Below are positions 23,519 to 36,109 of a stretch of 64,000 bases of DNA, piece by piece. The stretch lies in assembly GCA_964016885.1 (NCBI GenBank), contig OZ024743.1, forward strand, positions 172,298,001 through 172,362,000, read 5' to 3'. The notes beneath the pieces are model-generated. The model was given only the letters and a program-made list of their open reading frames with translations. It ran no database searches and was not told the DNA's origin. The stretch's first letter is position 1. Every line of letters begins with the position of its first letter. Made by a program: the position numbers and the translations under genes. The stretch comes from Eledone cirrhosa (Eukaryota).

Positions 23519-25945
23519 GATGACCGGAGGTTTATATCGCGATGGTATGTTAATTTTAATTGAAAATCATAGCAATAGTGAAATTAATAGGAAAAGGAAA
23601 TCCATAATACAATTTTTCAACAACTACAACCTTAATTTAAAAATCGAGAATAATTACAAAATGGTTAACTTCTTAGATGTAACCTTAAACCTTAGCACAG
23701 GTCTTTACTATCCATTCCATAAAATTAACGAAAATCTAAATTACGTAAGCTTCAATTCTAATCATCCTAGAATTATAAAAAACACTATTGTCAATAGTGT
23801 CCAACAACGGATTTCACGCATCTCTGCTAATAAAAAATATGTTTGGTGATAACGCAGAATATTACAATGAGGCTTTACATAGAGCAGGATACTCGAATAA
23901 AATTAAATACATAGATAACAATAACATGACAAATCATCCTAGAATTCATTATAATAACAATAAACAATTTAACTTAAAAACTAAACAAAACAACTAGAAC
24001 TAAAAATATTATTTGGTACTCTCTCCCATTCTCATTAAGCATTAAAACACCTTTAGCAAAGCTATTTTTTAAAGCACTAGATAAATGTTTTCCTAAAACC
24101 CACAGATACCACTCTATTTTTAACAGACACACTATAAAACTATCCTACTCTACTACTATGAACATAGCACAAAATATAAATAGAATTAATAATAGAAATT
24201 TCAATTTAAACCCTAACCAAACAAACCAAGATAGCAATAATAATATTTCTAACAATATTCATAATAATAGTACCGTTCCGAATAACAACTCCAGAAAATG
24301 TAACTGTAGAATTAAATCAAACTGCCCTTTACAAAATAATTGCTTAGACAAAAACGTAATTTATAAATGCACAGTTATAGTAGAGACAAAATATTTAACT
24401 TTATTGGTGCCACTTCTACAAAATTCAAAGAACGCTGGTATAACCATAAACACACATTTAATAAATCCGATAAAAAATCTTCCACTTCACTTTTACATTT
24501 AATTTGGAATTTAAAAGACAACAATATAATATATTTAATATCTTGGGGAACGATTTCGAAAGCACCTGCATACCGAAATATGGCTTTCTCAAGATTCTGT
24601 AACTTATGTATCGAGGAGATTTTTTATATAATTAACTGTCAAAACTCTATTAATCTTAAAACAGAATTATTTTCTAGTTGCAGACATCGCCAAAATTCTA
24701 CTTTCAGAACTATTTTTAATTTATGATATTCATTACACTTGACTATATCTTATACACCTTTAAAATGATCCTATTATTTACTGAGTATTTTCTTTAAAAA
24801 TTTAAATTAAAATTTTTTTAAATGATCTTCCTTCTTAATTTTCGATATTTTTAATATTTTTACCATTTAACATTATTTTCTTAATGACAACTCCTCTAAA
24901 TATATTTTTTTTAGATGTAGATTGATGATCTTTAATTGACATTCTGAAAGTTATCCTCTTTACGATAGTTCTTCGAAATGCACATTACTTTTTTCCTCTT
25001 CTTTGATCTTCAAATTTTCACACATCCTTCGACTAAAATAATATATAATTGAAATTAATCTCACGCAAAATAATATATAATTTTCTCTATATATTTTCTG
25101 AGTAAAGCATTCATCAAATTGAACGGTTAGCAAACAAGATTGAAGTTATCTTTTCCTTTTCAATCGGGCAAACATAAACATTATAATATATGTATGATAA
25201 ACTATATAACTTCGCTAAATTAACAATATTCTGAAAATATTTTCAATATTGTAACAAAATATTTGAATCTATAAATCGTTCTCCTCTTACAACTTCAACC
25301 ACGTGTTTTTTTAATGTAAAATGCAGAATCAACATCCTTCGTAACTCATATGAGAAATGTAAACAACTAATAATTTTAACTTATTTCTATTTCTATAATA
25401 CTTATATACGCACAATTATTAATCTATATAATAATGTAATAAGATAAAATCTACTTACAACCATAATTCTTCATATAATCTAATTAATTATATATACAAT
25501 ATTATAACTCATAATATAGCTAAATAATTTTTAAATTCTGGAATCATATTCCACCATTCCTGCAAATTATTAATTCCTTTTAAATTACCGTAAATACAAG
25601 CTCTTCTTTCTTTTTTTTTCTTCTTCCTACTCATACATACATATATCCTAATTATTTAAATTCTGCATAGCGTCTAAAAATAACGTTTTGTCAGCCCTAT
25701 ACCTCAACCCCATTTGCATACTCATCTTAATAATTTGAAATATCTGACTTTTATCCTCTTTTCCTTCACTATCCAGGAAAAACTTGAACCGTTAAGGTAT
25801 TTTTTCTTGGTTATGTCAATATTTATAAAACAAACTTTGTATTTTATCTGATGAGAGCGTACCAAAGTTTTGGTACCCTTGAAATATATATAATAGAATA
25901 AATATGGTTCTAAAAATATAATTTCCATTTATTTAATATCATTGT
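23519..25945 (+). mobile_element. 5'-truncated PLE: RT C-terminus, GIY-YIG, long AT-rich 3' UTR, pLTR with HHR
   Basis: GLYRDG..., VNFLDVTLNL, SNHP, CNCRIKSNCPLQNNCL, FIGATSTKFKERWYNH, CNLC. Confidence 0.92.
25838..25902 (+). ncRNA. Type I hammerhead ribozyme
   Basis: TATTTTAT CTGATGA(25848) GAG C GTACCAA agtt TTGGTAC C CTT GAAA(25881) TATATA TA ATAGAATA. Confidence 0.9.
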
Positions 25946-26144
25946 ATATATATATATATATGTCACATATTAACTCTATCTATCTGTATCTCTCTCTTCA
26001 TATACTCACACACACAATCTCTCTCTTTCTCTTTCTTTCTCGCTCTAGCAATTTTATAAAATCAAAGAACAACTACAGTTATAATGCACCTGAGCGCAGT
26101 ACACAATAATTTTCATCATTATACATACAACATATACATACAAG

Positions 26145-26540
26145 AGGGTGGTGGATTGGCAGTATCGGTAGAGGGTCAGACGACATGCTTTGACGCATAG
26201 AGTTACGGCCCTTTCCATTCTGAGTTCAAATCCCACCGAGGTTAACTTTGCCTTTCATCCTTATGGGGTCGATAAAATAAAGTACCAGTAATGTACTGGG
26301 TAATTGCGGGCCTTGTGCCTAAAGTAGAAAAAATTATTTATTCAAAGGGTGGTGGATTGGCAGTATCGGTAGAGGATTGGACGCCATGCTTTGACGCTTA
26401 GAGTTACGGCCCTTGTCATTCTGAGTTCAATTCCCGCCGAGGTTAACTTTGCCTTTCATCCTTACGGGGTCGATAAAATAAAGTACCAGTAATGCTCTGG
26501 GTGATTGCTGGCCTTGTGCCAAAAGTAGAAACAATTATTT
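26145..26540 (+). mobile_element. Two tandem tRNA-derived SINE copies
   Basis: Units start GGGTGGTGGATTGGCAGTATCGG at ~26145 and ~26347. Confidence 0.9.
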
Positions 26541-26639
26541 ATTCGAAGTAATCCAACTTATTTTACTAACGGGATTTAAAAAATATATACTGGACGCTGT
26601 CCCGCACTCCTCCCTTTATTACAGTTAAGATAAAGAATT

Positions 26640-27960
26640 TCAGTCTCCACCAGGTACAGGTGACCCCCAAAGACGATGTTCTCATCCTCGGGTCACCGAT
26701 CCACTCGCCGGCTATTCGCTCCACCATCAGGTCTAGGCTCCAACAACTCCAGACCCTCACTATCCGACTGGGTTTAATCGACGGCTACCCAGCTCTCTCC
26801 TTGCTGAGGAACTGCTTCGCCATGCCGAAGTTCCTCTACACCCTTCGCAGCGCTCCGTTCTACACACACGCATCCATCCTCGCTGACCTCGATACTTGTA
26901 TCCGAGCGGCAGCTGAGAAGATATGCAACGTCAGTTTTGACGATATTGGATGGCAACAGGCCATTTTACCTGTCAGTTATGGCGGCCTTGTCCTCCGGTT
27001 TCCTATCTCATTGGTTTTTCCGGCCTTTCTTTCGTCAGTAACCTCATGCCGCGTCCTCGTCAGCAGGGTTCTCCAAAACCCAATAGAACCCACTGTGTTA
27101 ACGGAACGTGAGGTCGTCTGTGAGACGTGGGACAGGCTGGGACTTAGCCCAGTAGACGACCCTCCTCCTTCTCCCCCTGCTGACGTCAATTCCCCCAAAG
27201 CGTATGGGATGCCATCCAGTGCAGCCTGGCCTCAGACAGGCTCACGCGCCAGCTCGACCAGCATCGCCTTGCATGTTTTCGCGCGGCCTCCAAACCACAC
27301 AGTGGTGTCTGGCTCCATGCTTTGCTCTCCTTCCCCACTGGTACGCAGCTGGATAACGATAGCCTGCGCATCGGCATTTCCTTGAGGCTTGGACTCCGGA
27401 TCTGCGAGCCACATAAATGTCGCTGTGGGTCCACTGTGGTCTCTTTCGGACTCCACCTGCTTTCCTTTCGCCACAGAGCCGGCCGCCTTCCACGCCATAC
27501 TGCCCTCAAGGACGTCATTAAGCCTGGTTTGGGCGCTGCATGTTTTCCCTCCCAGCTTGAGCTGGTGCGGCTGGACCGAAGGGATGGCAAAAGGCCAGAC
27601 GGTATGACCATCTTCCCGTTCCGCGGTGGCAAACCCCTTGTCTGAGATGCCACTTGCATCGACAACTTCTCCAGCCACAACTTGGTGCAGTCTGCGACTA
27701 ACCCAGGTACTGCTGTACGTCGGGCCGAGGAGGCCAAACTCGCCAAGTACCGGTCGCTGTGCGACAGGTTCGCGGTCGTGCCCTTGGCAGTGGAGACTTC
27801 TGGTGTCCTTGGCCCTAGGGCTACCTCCCTATTCACCTCCATAGACACTGAGCTAGCCAGCCGCAGGTTTGAGCCTCGCGAGTTGGAATGGCTCTTCCAG
27901 TGCATCTCCCTTACCATCCTCCGGGGAAACGCCTTCTCCATCCTATTCAGCTGGGCTCTG
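26640..27960 (+). mobile_element. CRE-clade non-LTR retrotransposon, 5'-truncated and frameshifted
   Basis: LGSPI, PKFLYTLRSAP, QAILPVSYGGL, LRLGL.ICEPHKCRCG...H, RH, RPDGMT, DAT, LAVETSG, LFQCISLTI.RGNA. Confidence 0.88.
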
Positions 27961-28924
27961 GGGAGGCCAACACGTGAGACCCCATTTGCTCACCATACGG
28001 ATTAATAGGCAAAGGTAAAGGGTTGGAACGGTTTTGCTAAGAAAGAGAATATTCTATATTTTTATTTTTAAGTGACCAAAATAATTCAGATAAAGCAGTA
28101 CTAAATCTCTTGTCCTCTCTTTTGAACGTGTGGCGGTGATTATACACCTTTCTTTAAATTTAGTGGCATCAATATAATTCTAAGACTTATCTTTTGTTTT
28201 AACAATGCATTTGTAAACTAAATTACAGTCAAGACAGTTATTACTTAACGGGCAAGAGTAACTATTTTTACAATTGCAATTACCTACCTTATTTAATGAT
28301 GCCGCTCTGTTTACATAGTTCAAGTTATTGGTATAATTGTTGTTAATCGAGGAGTCGTTTATTCTGTTAATGATTCTCTGATTATCATTTGAGGTTAATT
28401 CCCTATGAGTAGTTCAACTACTTACATAAGATTATTGAATTGATAATTTTTTAACGTAGATAATTATATCCCTTCTTTTAAAATAAATAAGTTATCACAT
28501 AACATTACATACTCAACTATATATTTAAAAAAAAGAAAAGAAACATATCAATTATTAAATACTTTTCTACTCAATAATTTCAGTATCTGATTATACATAA
28601 ACAAAGATAACTTACCTACAAATTCTATAATCCAAATGCTTTCCCCCTTTATTATTATATTTTCATAATACTACTTCTGTTTTCCTAGAATCTTTTTTCC
28701 TTTGATATAATATAGACTGAATAACGGTCAATTTTTTTTTGTTTTTTGACCAATCTAATTACGCTATATTTTAAATAATTTATGAAACGTTTAAAACAAC
28801 TCTAATGTTTTCTCCCAGTCATGTAACCCCCTATGTGTTGAGTTTGTTCTAGTGATATGCTTGGAGGTCACCGATCTGTCCAGCTCGTTTGTCTACCAAC
28901 TTATCATGAAAAAATTATATATCG

Positions 28925-29202
28925 TCTATATATTTTGTCTGAAGAGGACATGTTTTACTTTATGTTATACATAAAACTTTACATCTTCGAAATATATATG
29001 ATTGTTTATACTTTTGGCAGGCCAGCAATTATCCCAGTACATTACTGGTACTTTATTTTATCGACCACGTAAGGATGAAAGGCAAAGTTAACCTAGGCGG
29101 AATTTGAATGGCAAGGGCCGCAACCCTATGCGTCAAAGCATGGCGTCCGACCCTCTACCGATACTGCCAAAACACCGCCGCCTATATAATGAAATAAATA
29201 GA
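28925..29202 (+). ncRNA. Hammerhead ribozyme split by a SINE insertion in stem III
   Basis: CTGAAGA(28939)...GAAA(28989) TATATAT | SINE | TATATA ATGAAATAAATAGA (29183-); same family as 14336. Confidence 0.85.
29000..29182 (-). mobile_element. tRNA-derived SINE, ~5-bp TATAT TSD
   Basis: Reverse complement of the SINE consensus seen at 17135. Confidence 0.88.
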
Positions 29203-29213
29203 GATGATATAAA

Positions 29214-29261
<48 letters not shown>

Positions 29262-29934
29262 TTATCTGTAGTGTTGTAATATGAATATTATACACAGTAG
29301 ATGGACAGCTCACGTAGTGTTTGCTCGACGGTTCCAGTTGTAGTTTCAAAGGTAATCCGGAGAAAATAGAAGGATTTAAATGGATGCAGTTCAGTGAAAG
29401 GAATTTATTGACACGTGTTTCAATAACAGTTATAATACCTGAAAACAGCTGCTATCTACAAAGTATTAATTATGCAGACACTCAATATTTCAATGTTATT
29501 TTCAACTACCATTTCATCAGAATAATATCATTGAGAACTTGTTTGGTTTTTATAGACAATATTAAGAGGGAGGAGTGAAGTTGTTAGAAGAATAGTTAAG
29601 GGAGTGGATAGAAATTTTTGATAGCAGTGGGTAATTAGATTCCCATCTGTTAGTTGAGTTTGACATTTTTATAGAATATTCATTATTTGGCGTTAGTTGT
29701 ATTGGTTATTTTTCTAAATCTATCGAAGGATTAGAGATAGTAAAGATATGCATGGTTGGTTTTGTGTTTGCACTTAATTCACATACAGACTTAAATCTGT
29801 CTTTCAAGTGTACGTATCCGTTCGCCCACACATAAATATATGCGTATCACACATCAATCTAAAACTACTTTTCATATGTTGATTTAAAACTGCACTATTC
29901 ACAAGTGTTTTTTAACCTTCATATCATGTCTCCC

Positions 29935-30005
29935 TATTTTATCTGACGAAAACGCAAATGTCATTGCATGATGATATTTGTTTTTGAAATGCACATAATA
30001 AAATA
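29935..30005 (+). ncRNA. Type I hammerhead ribozyme in pLTR (29850-30122)
   Basis: TATTTTAT CTGACGA(29943) AAA C GCAAATGTCAT..ATGATATTTGT T TTT GAAA TGCACA TA ATAAAATA. Confidence 0.82.
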
Positions 30006-30122
30006 CATGGAACTCTTTTAACCATCTTTTGATCTTATATATTATTTATACTCCAGTCCTACAAACTGTAGTGTGCTACTTATCTGCATTGCTTTATTGT
30101 ACTACAATAAAACTCACCTCCT

Positions 30123-30198
<76 letters not shown>

Positions 30199-30239
30199 AG
30201 TAAGTATGTTTTGAAACAGTGAGCGAGGTTTGAAATTAG

Positions 30240-30443
30240 AAAATATATAGCTTTCACCGTATTTTTAACTAAAGGAATTTTAGCTTGATAACGGGGTTTA
30301 GAACCCTCAGATAAATGGAAAAAGATGAGTATTGACGTACATGTACGTCAATACTCATCTTTTTCCATTTATCTGAGGGTTCTAAACCCCGTTATCAAGC
30401 TAAAATTCCTTTAGTTAAAAATACGGTGAAAGCTATATATTTT
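30240..30443. repeat. Perfect 204-bp palindrome with no spacer
   Basis: Centre GTACAT|GTAC region at 30341/30342; the arms are exact reverse complements. Confidence 0.92.
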
Positions 30444-30615
30444 ATATATATATATAATATATATATATATATAATATATATATATATATATGTAGGAGGT
30501 GAATTTTATTGTAGCACAATAAAGCAATGCAAATATAGGATAAGCAGCACTCTACAGTTTGTAGGACTGGAGTATAAATAATATAAGATCAAAAGATGGT
30601 TAAAAGAGTTCCAAG

Positions 30616-30686
30616 TATTTTATTATGCGCATTTCAAAAACAAATATCACCATGGGATGATATCTGCGTTCTCATTAGATAAAATA
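30616..30686 (-). ncRNA. Hammerhead with G5>A core mutation (predicted inactive)
   Basis: Reverse complement: TATTTTAT CTAATGA GAACGCAGATATCATC..GGTGATATTTGTTTTT GAAA TGCGCA TA ATAAAATA. Confidence 0.8.
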
Positions 30687-30725
30687 GGGATTCATGATAT
30701 GAAGCTTAAAAAACACTTGTGAATA

Positions 30726-31430
30726 GTGAAGGTGAACAATAACATATTAAATATTAAATCACATCCTTCCAACACTGAGCGTCATAATAATAGTCGTAGT
30801 ACTCCCAACGTCATTGTTAACTCTAGGCTAGATTCTGTAAACTTAAATACGACGTCAAACATAACTTCGTTGAATGTTCTTAATACCAATCTAAATCAGG
30901 AAACTATTATTCCTATCGTAAATAACTTCTCCAATCCAATTCCTCCTATAAATAACACTAGGTCACTTGTTAATAACTCTGTTAATTTCTCTAATCGTAA
31001 TTGTAATTGCCCTGTTAGAACTAAATGTCCTCTTAATAACCATTGTCTTGATAAAAACTTGGTCTATGAATGTAAGGGTATAACTGATACCAATTCCTTT
31101 ACCTATTTCCGTTCCACCTCCACCTCCTTCAAAGCTAGATTTTATAATCACAACTTGTCTTTTAAATACCAACTTAAAAGAACTAACACGGCACTCTCGG
31201 AACTTATATGGTCCTTGAAAGACAAAAATATTAACTATAACATCTCTTGGAGAAAAGTTTGTTCTGCCTTTCCTTACTTGAATTCCTCCCTATCCAGAAC
31301 ATGTAATATCTGCCTAGCTGAGAAATTTACCATTATATTTAATTTCAATTCTATAATAAATATACGCACGGATTTATTTTCTCTCTGCCTGATTAAATTC
31401 CACAGAACATTCCATAAAGTATACAGCTAA
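30726..31430 (+). pseudogene. PLE GIY-YIG endonuclease domain (5'-truncated ORF)
   Basis: Asn-rich linker, CxC-CPL-CL knuckle, VYEC..Y..ST..FKAR..NH, CNIC..EK. Confidence 0.85.
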
Positions 31431-32002
31431 TATCTAATACCTTACTAGTTTAAAATACTTTTTTCCCAAAGGTTTATATATCTTTTACAAATATACCCAT
31501 CTTCTACCTTATTTCAATATTATTTATTATATATTATATAATACAATTTACTCATTCTATATAATTCCTCTTTATCGTCTCCTTTCTTTCTCTTTTCTTT
31601 TTAATTTCTAACCTCTAATCGGTACCTTTTCTTCCTAACTACTTCTCAATTCTTATTATTACTCACCACAACATTATCTATTCTTCCATCTTTCCTCATA
31701 TCATTGGCCATAAAAATTATTATTTGTTTAATACATTAGAAGTCCTTCGTAAACATATAATTTTTTTGACGTTAGATTTTTTCTTCCTTAAATTTCTCTT
31801 ATTTCCTCCATCCTTTCATGCTCGTTTGACTTTTACATATTACAATACATAAAAACAAACTTAAACCCTACTAATTTCTTTTAATATCTTATTATTACCA
31901 TTAGAAAATATTTCGTAAATATATATATTTTTTTATGTTAGATATTTTCTTAAACATTCTTTTCTTCTTTGCCTTCTGCGCTCATTTTTAAACAAGCTAT
32001 GT

Positions 32003-32056
32003 ACGTACACATATTACGTACACATATTACGTACACATATTACGTACACATATTAC
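32003..32056. repeat. 13-bp tandem repeat x4
   Basis: (GTACACATATTAC)4. Confidence 0.9.
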
Positions 32057-32595
32057 ATTACATAAAAACAAACTTAAACCCTAACTAATTCCTCTAAATT
32101 CATAACATTCTTCTCCTTCTTTTCACAATATTAATAACATTAATATTTTTATTTTAATAATACATATTAATAATTTCTTTTCCTCGCACATATTATTAAA
32201 CCCTTCAATATACAAACCTTAATTTAATATTATTCTTAATTCCTTTTTCTCTTCATGCATAAACCTCATTAGCTTTTAATTTCAAATTCTTTTTAAATTA
32301 TCTATTATCTTCCAACGGCTTTTTAATTTCTCTCTGTGAGACAATATATTTTTTTTTCTCAGTTGTAAAGGCTATCTCTCTCTCTCTCTCTATCACCCAT
32401 CTCTCCTCCTCTGTCATCCTTCCTTCTTATACTCCTCCCCCACCATTCTTTACTCTCATCTCTTCCTCTTCCTTACCTTTTCCAAACCCCCTCACTTTTT
32501 CCCAATCTCATACATCAATCTTAATTTATTTTTCATATGTTGATTTAAAACTTCCCTATTCACAAGTGTTTTTTAAGCTTCATATCATGTATCCC

Positions 32596-32651
32596 TATTT
32601 TATCTGATGAGAACGCAGATATCATCCCATGATGATATTTGTTTTTGAAAT
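32596..32651 (+). ncRNA. 5' part of a hammerhead interrupted by the RTE (remainder at 36044-36069)
   Basis: TATTTTAT CTGATGA(32604) GAACGCAGATATCATC ccat GATGATATTTGTTTTT GAAAT | ... | GTTTTTGAAATGCGCATAATAAAATA. Confidence 0.88.
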
Positions 32652-35600
32652 CACTCAGACTCAGAAGCTCCCGCGTCTTGCGACGTATGAGGCAATCATA
32701 GTGTTCCACCGCGTTCGGTCAACAGCCAGTTGCACAGCGTCCCGCCATTGTCTGTTTGTCGCTCGCAGGTCCCTCTCAACTGTCTGGCGCCAGTTCATTT
32801 TGGGTAGCCCTCTCCGTCTGCTTCCCTGTGGGTTCCATTTAAATACTTGGTTCGCCAGTCTCTCCGGGGAAAGTCTCAAAGCGTGCCCAAACCAGCCCAG
32901 GCGTCGCTTGCAGATGGCAGAAGAGACTAGCTGCTGGTTGGTGCGGTTCCTGACTTCCTGGTTTGTTACATGGTCACTCCATTTAATCCCAGGATCTTTC
33001 ACAGACACTTGGAATCGAATGCGTCCAACTTCTCTTGGCTGGTCTTAAGGTGGCATGTTTCACTTCCGTACAAGAGTAGGGACAGCACGTTGCTGTTGTA
33101 GAATCTCATCTTTGTTTTGAGGGTGAACTTCCTGCTCTTCCAGATCTTGACAAGCTGGTTAAATGCTGCTGAAACCTTTCCCATTCATTCTACATTGCAA
33201 TTCACTATCCATGGCGCCCCCACTGTCAATGGAGCTTCCTAGGTAGGTGAAGTTGTCCACTATCTCCACCTCCCCTTGTTCAATGAAAACACTAGTTGGT
33301 GATGGGTGTGTCCCAGATAACATGCTTTTGGTCTTCTTAGCACTGATATTGAGACCTAAGCTTCCTGCTTCGACATTGATATTGTTCATAATGATTTGCA
33401 GGTCAGCTGTGCTCTCTGCAAGTGCAACAATATCGTCCGCAAAGTCCAGGTGAGACAACTTTTGCTCTCCCACCCAAGATATACCCTGGTCTTTAGACGC
33501 TCTTCTTAGTACCCAGTCAATGGCTATGGCAAAGAGAATTGGAGAGAGCGAGCAACCCTGATGCACACCAGTAACCACCTCAAACCAGTCACTGTAACCA
33601 TTCTCTGTCCGTATGCAGCACTTGGAGTTTGCATAAATCTGTTTGATTGCCAAAATGACTTTCTGGGGCAGACCATACTCATGCATGATGCTCCAGAGTG
33701 ACGGCCGATGAATTCTATCGAATGCTTTGGAGAAATCGATGAAGCTGACGGCGAGGGGCCTCTGGAATTCGTTGTACCTCTCAATGATGCGGCGTAACGT
33801 AAAGATCTGCTCTGCACAGGAACGTTTTGGTCGGAACTCTGCCTGTTGTTCTCGCAGTTCCCGGTCTACCATTCCACGTATGCGGTTCAGGATCATCAGA
33901 CAATAGACCTTCCCTGGTATGGAGAGAAGTTGTCACAATCGGCAAGGTTGCACTTCTTGGGGATACAGACAACCGCTCTATTTCTCCAATCTTCTGGGAC
34001 TTCACCCGTGTTCCACACAAGATTACATAAGTGGCCCATCCACTTGACCATGCTTTCGCCTCCTGACTTCAGCATTTCAGCAGAAATGCCATCCATACCT
34101 GGTGACTTGTTATTCTTAACGGTTTTGATGGCCATGCGGACTTCCTTCTCGGTGAAGTCATCAGTATTTATAGGCAACAAACTAGTAGGTTCCTTAGTGT
34201 CTGCTGGCACACGTGACTCCGGTCGGTTGAGGACTTCCTTGAAATGTTCAGCCCATCTGACTAACTTTTCTTCACCCTTGGAAAGCAGCGTACCATCTTT
34301 CGCTTTCACCGGGCCTGACTTAGCTCTAGAGCTGCCGGTGATTTTCTTGGCAATTTGGTACACAGAGCGCAGCTGCTTCCGCCTCCTCTGCCTTACCCTC
34401 AAGCCACATTCGTTTGTCCTTTTGGGCGCTGCGTTTCACCTCCTTGTCCTTGTCAACATACTGCTGATATACTTTGATGGCCTCTGGGGTAGTGGCATGC
34501 CTCTGCTGGTGTAGGGCTTTCCTTTCATTAATCAGCTGCCAGGTGTTGTCGCTGACCCAAGCTTCTCTGAGGGACTACCTGTAGCCCAGAATTTCTTCCC
34601 CTGCAGCTTGCATGGTCTTCTTCATTTCCTCCCACCAATTGACCGAGCCTGGTGCAGACTCCTCAGGGACAGCAAATCAGTTCCTCAAAGCAGCCTCGAA
34701 CTGTGCTTCTGTGTCACCGTTCTTCAGCTTGGTAGTGTCAAAACGCCTTGTAGTGAGTGATCTCTTCTTCTGCTTCCTCAATCTGATTTTAAGTTAGATA
34801 GCAGACAAATAGTGGTCACTGCAGACATCTGCGCCCCGGTAGACTCGGACGTCCTGCAGGCAAGGAGCTCTCCAACTTGGGCCAATCGCAATGTGGTCTA
34901 TTTGTGTCTTGGTCCTGTGGTCGTTCGAAGCCCATGTGACCTTGTGGATGTTCTTGTGGTCAAATAGTGACGAGCCGATTTTCATATTGTTCATGGCACA
35001 GAACTGGACAAACCTGTTCCCGTTGTCCGTGCGGTTTCCATAAGCATGGGGGCCAAGGACATGTTCAAAGCCAACCCTGCTTCCCCCGATCTGTGCATTC
35101 ATGTATCCCATGATGATCAGGATGTCATGACGTGTGGTTTTGTTTACAACATCTTGCAGTTGCTGGTAGAAAGCGTCCTTGTCATCATCGTTATGTTCGT
35201 TGGTTGCAGCATAGCACTGAGCTATGGTGACCTTTGTATGTGATGTGGTGAATCTTGCTGTCAATAGGCGTTCGTTGATAGGAGTCCACTCCTCAAGGGC
35301 ACCACTGTCCATGATGATTGCAACTCCATCTCGGTGGGTCCCGTTATGACGGCCTGTGAACAGGATGGTCTTGTTTTCATGGACAAACTTCCCTGAGTCA
35401 GTCCAGCGAACCTCGCTGAGGCCCAGGATGTTAATTTTGTAGGCCCCCATTTCTCCGATAACTTGCGCAAGTTTGGATGGTTGGTACATAGTTCTTATGT
35501 TCCAATATCCAATACGTGTGGTTGTTTTTGCAGACAGAATTCTGGTCCTCAGGATGTCGGCTTCCTCATCGAGACTTTCGCCGACACCCGTCATACAATC

Positions 35601-36043
35601 TCCGGTTAGAGACAACCGTTCTCCTGACTGCTTGGAATTTAAATCTGATGCACTATGAATTGTTTTCGTAGCAGGAGAGTTTTTCCGGGAACAGGTCGCT
35701 AACCTGAAGCCCAACCACTGACATTTAGTAAAGAGACACTAAGTGGAGTAGTCTCTGGTAGAACTGCAAACCGATGGGTTGCAGGTGTTATATCAGAGTT
35801 TTCCTTCTCCTAGAATTCTGCCTTGACAAAGGCTAAGGGGTCATCTCTCCTGGTGATTTTGGATGGCCATTGACTCTTAAGAGCTCCTTTGCCCTTTGAC
35901 AGGTTTTGTTTTTAGTCCTGCAGGATGTCCAAAGTCACCCTCTTCACCAAGAAACCTTGGTGGGGTTGCCAGTTTAGTCGCCAACGACCCTACCATGATA
36001 CAGGTTGTACTGGGATACGTCAGGTCACCAGTTGGTACTACTG
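32652..36043 (-). mobile_element. Full-length RTE-clade LINE (APE + RT, decayed) with 11-bp TSD GTTTTTGAAAT
   Basis: IGYWNIRTM, LGLSEVRW, QIDHI, SDH, KSPGMDGI, FIDFSKAFD, QGCSLSP, FADDI, FTYLGS, RRLGWFGH. 3' tail CTGAGTCTGAGTG. TSD at 32641-32651 and 36044-36054. Confidence 0.95.
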
Positions 36044-36109
36044 GTTTTTGAAATGCGCATAATAAAATACTTGGAACTCTTATAACCATCTTTTGATCTT
36101 ATTACTATC

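Larger units (their letters stand above)
30490..36105 (+). mobile_element. PLE: inverted pLTR (30490-30727), GIY-YIG ORF, 3' UTR, and a 3' pLTR split by the RTE
   Basis: ORF 30726-31430 has CNCPVRTKCPLNNHCL...VYEC...FKARFYNH...CNICLAEK. pLTR at 32530-32651 plus 36044-36105 is the reverse complement of 30580-30727. Confidence 0.88.
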
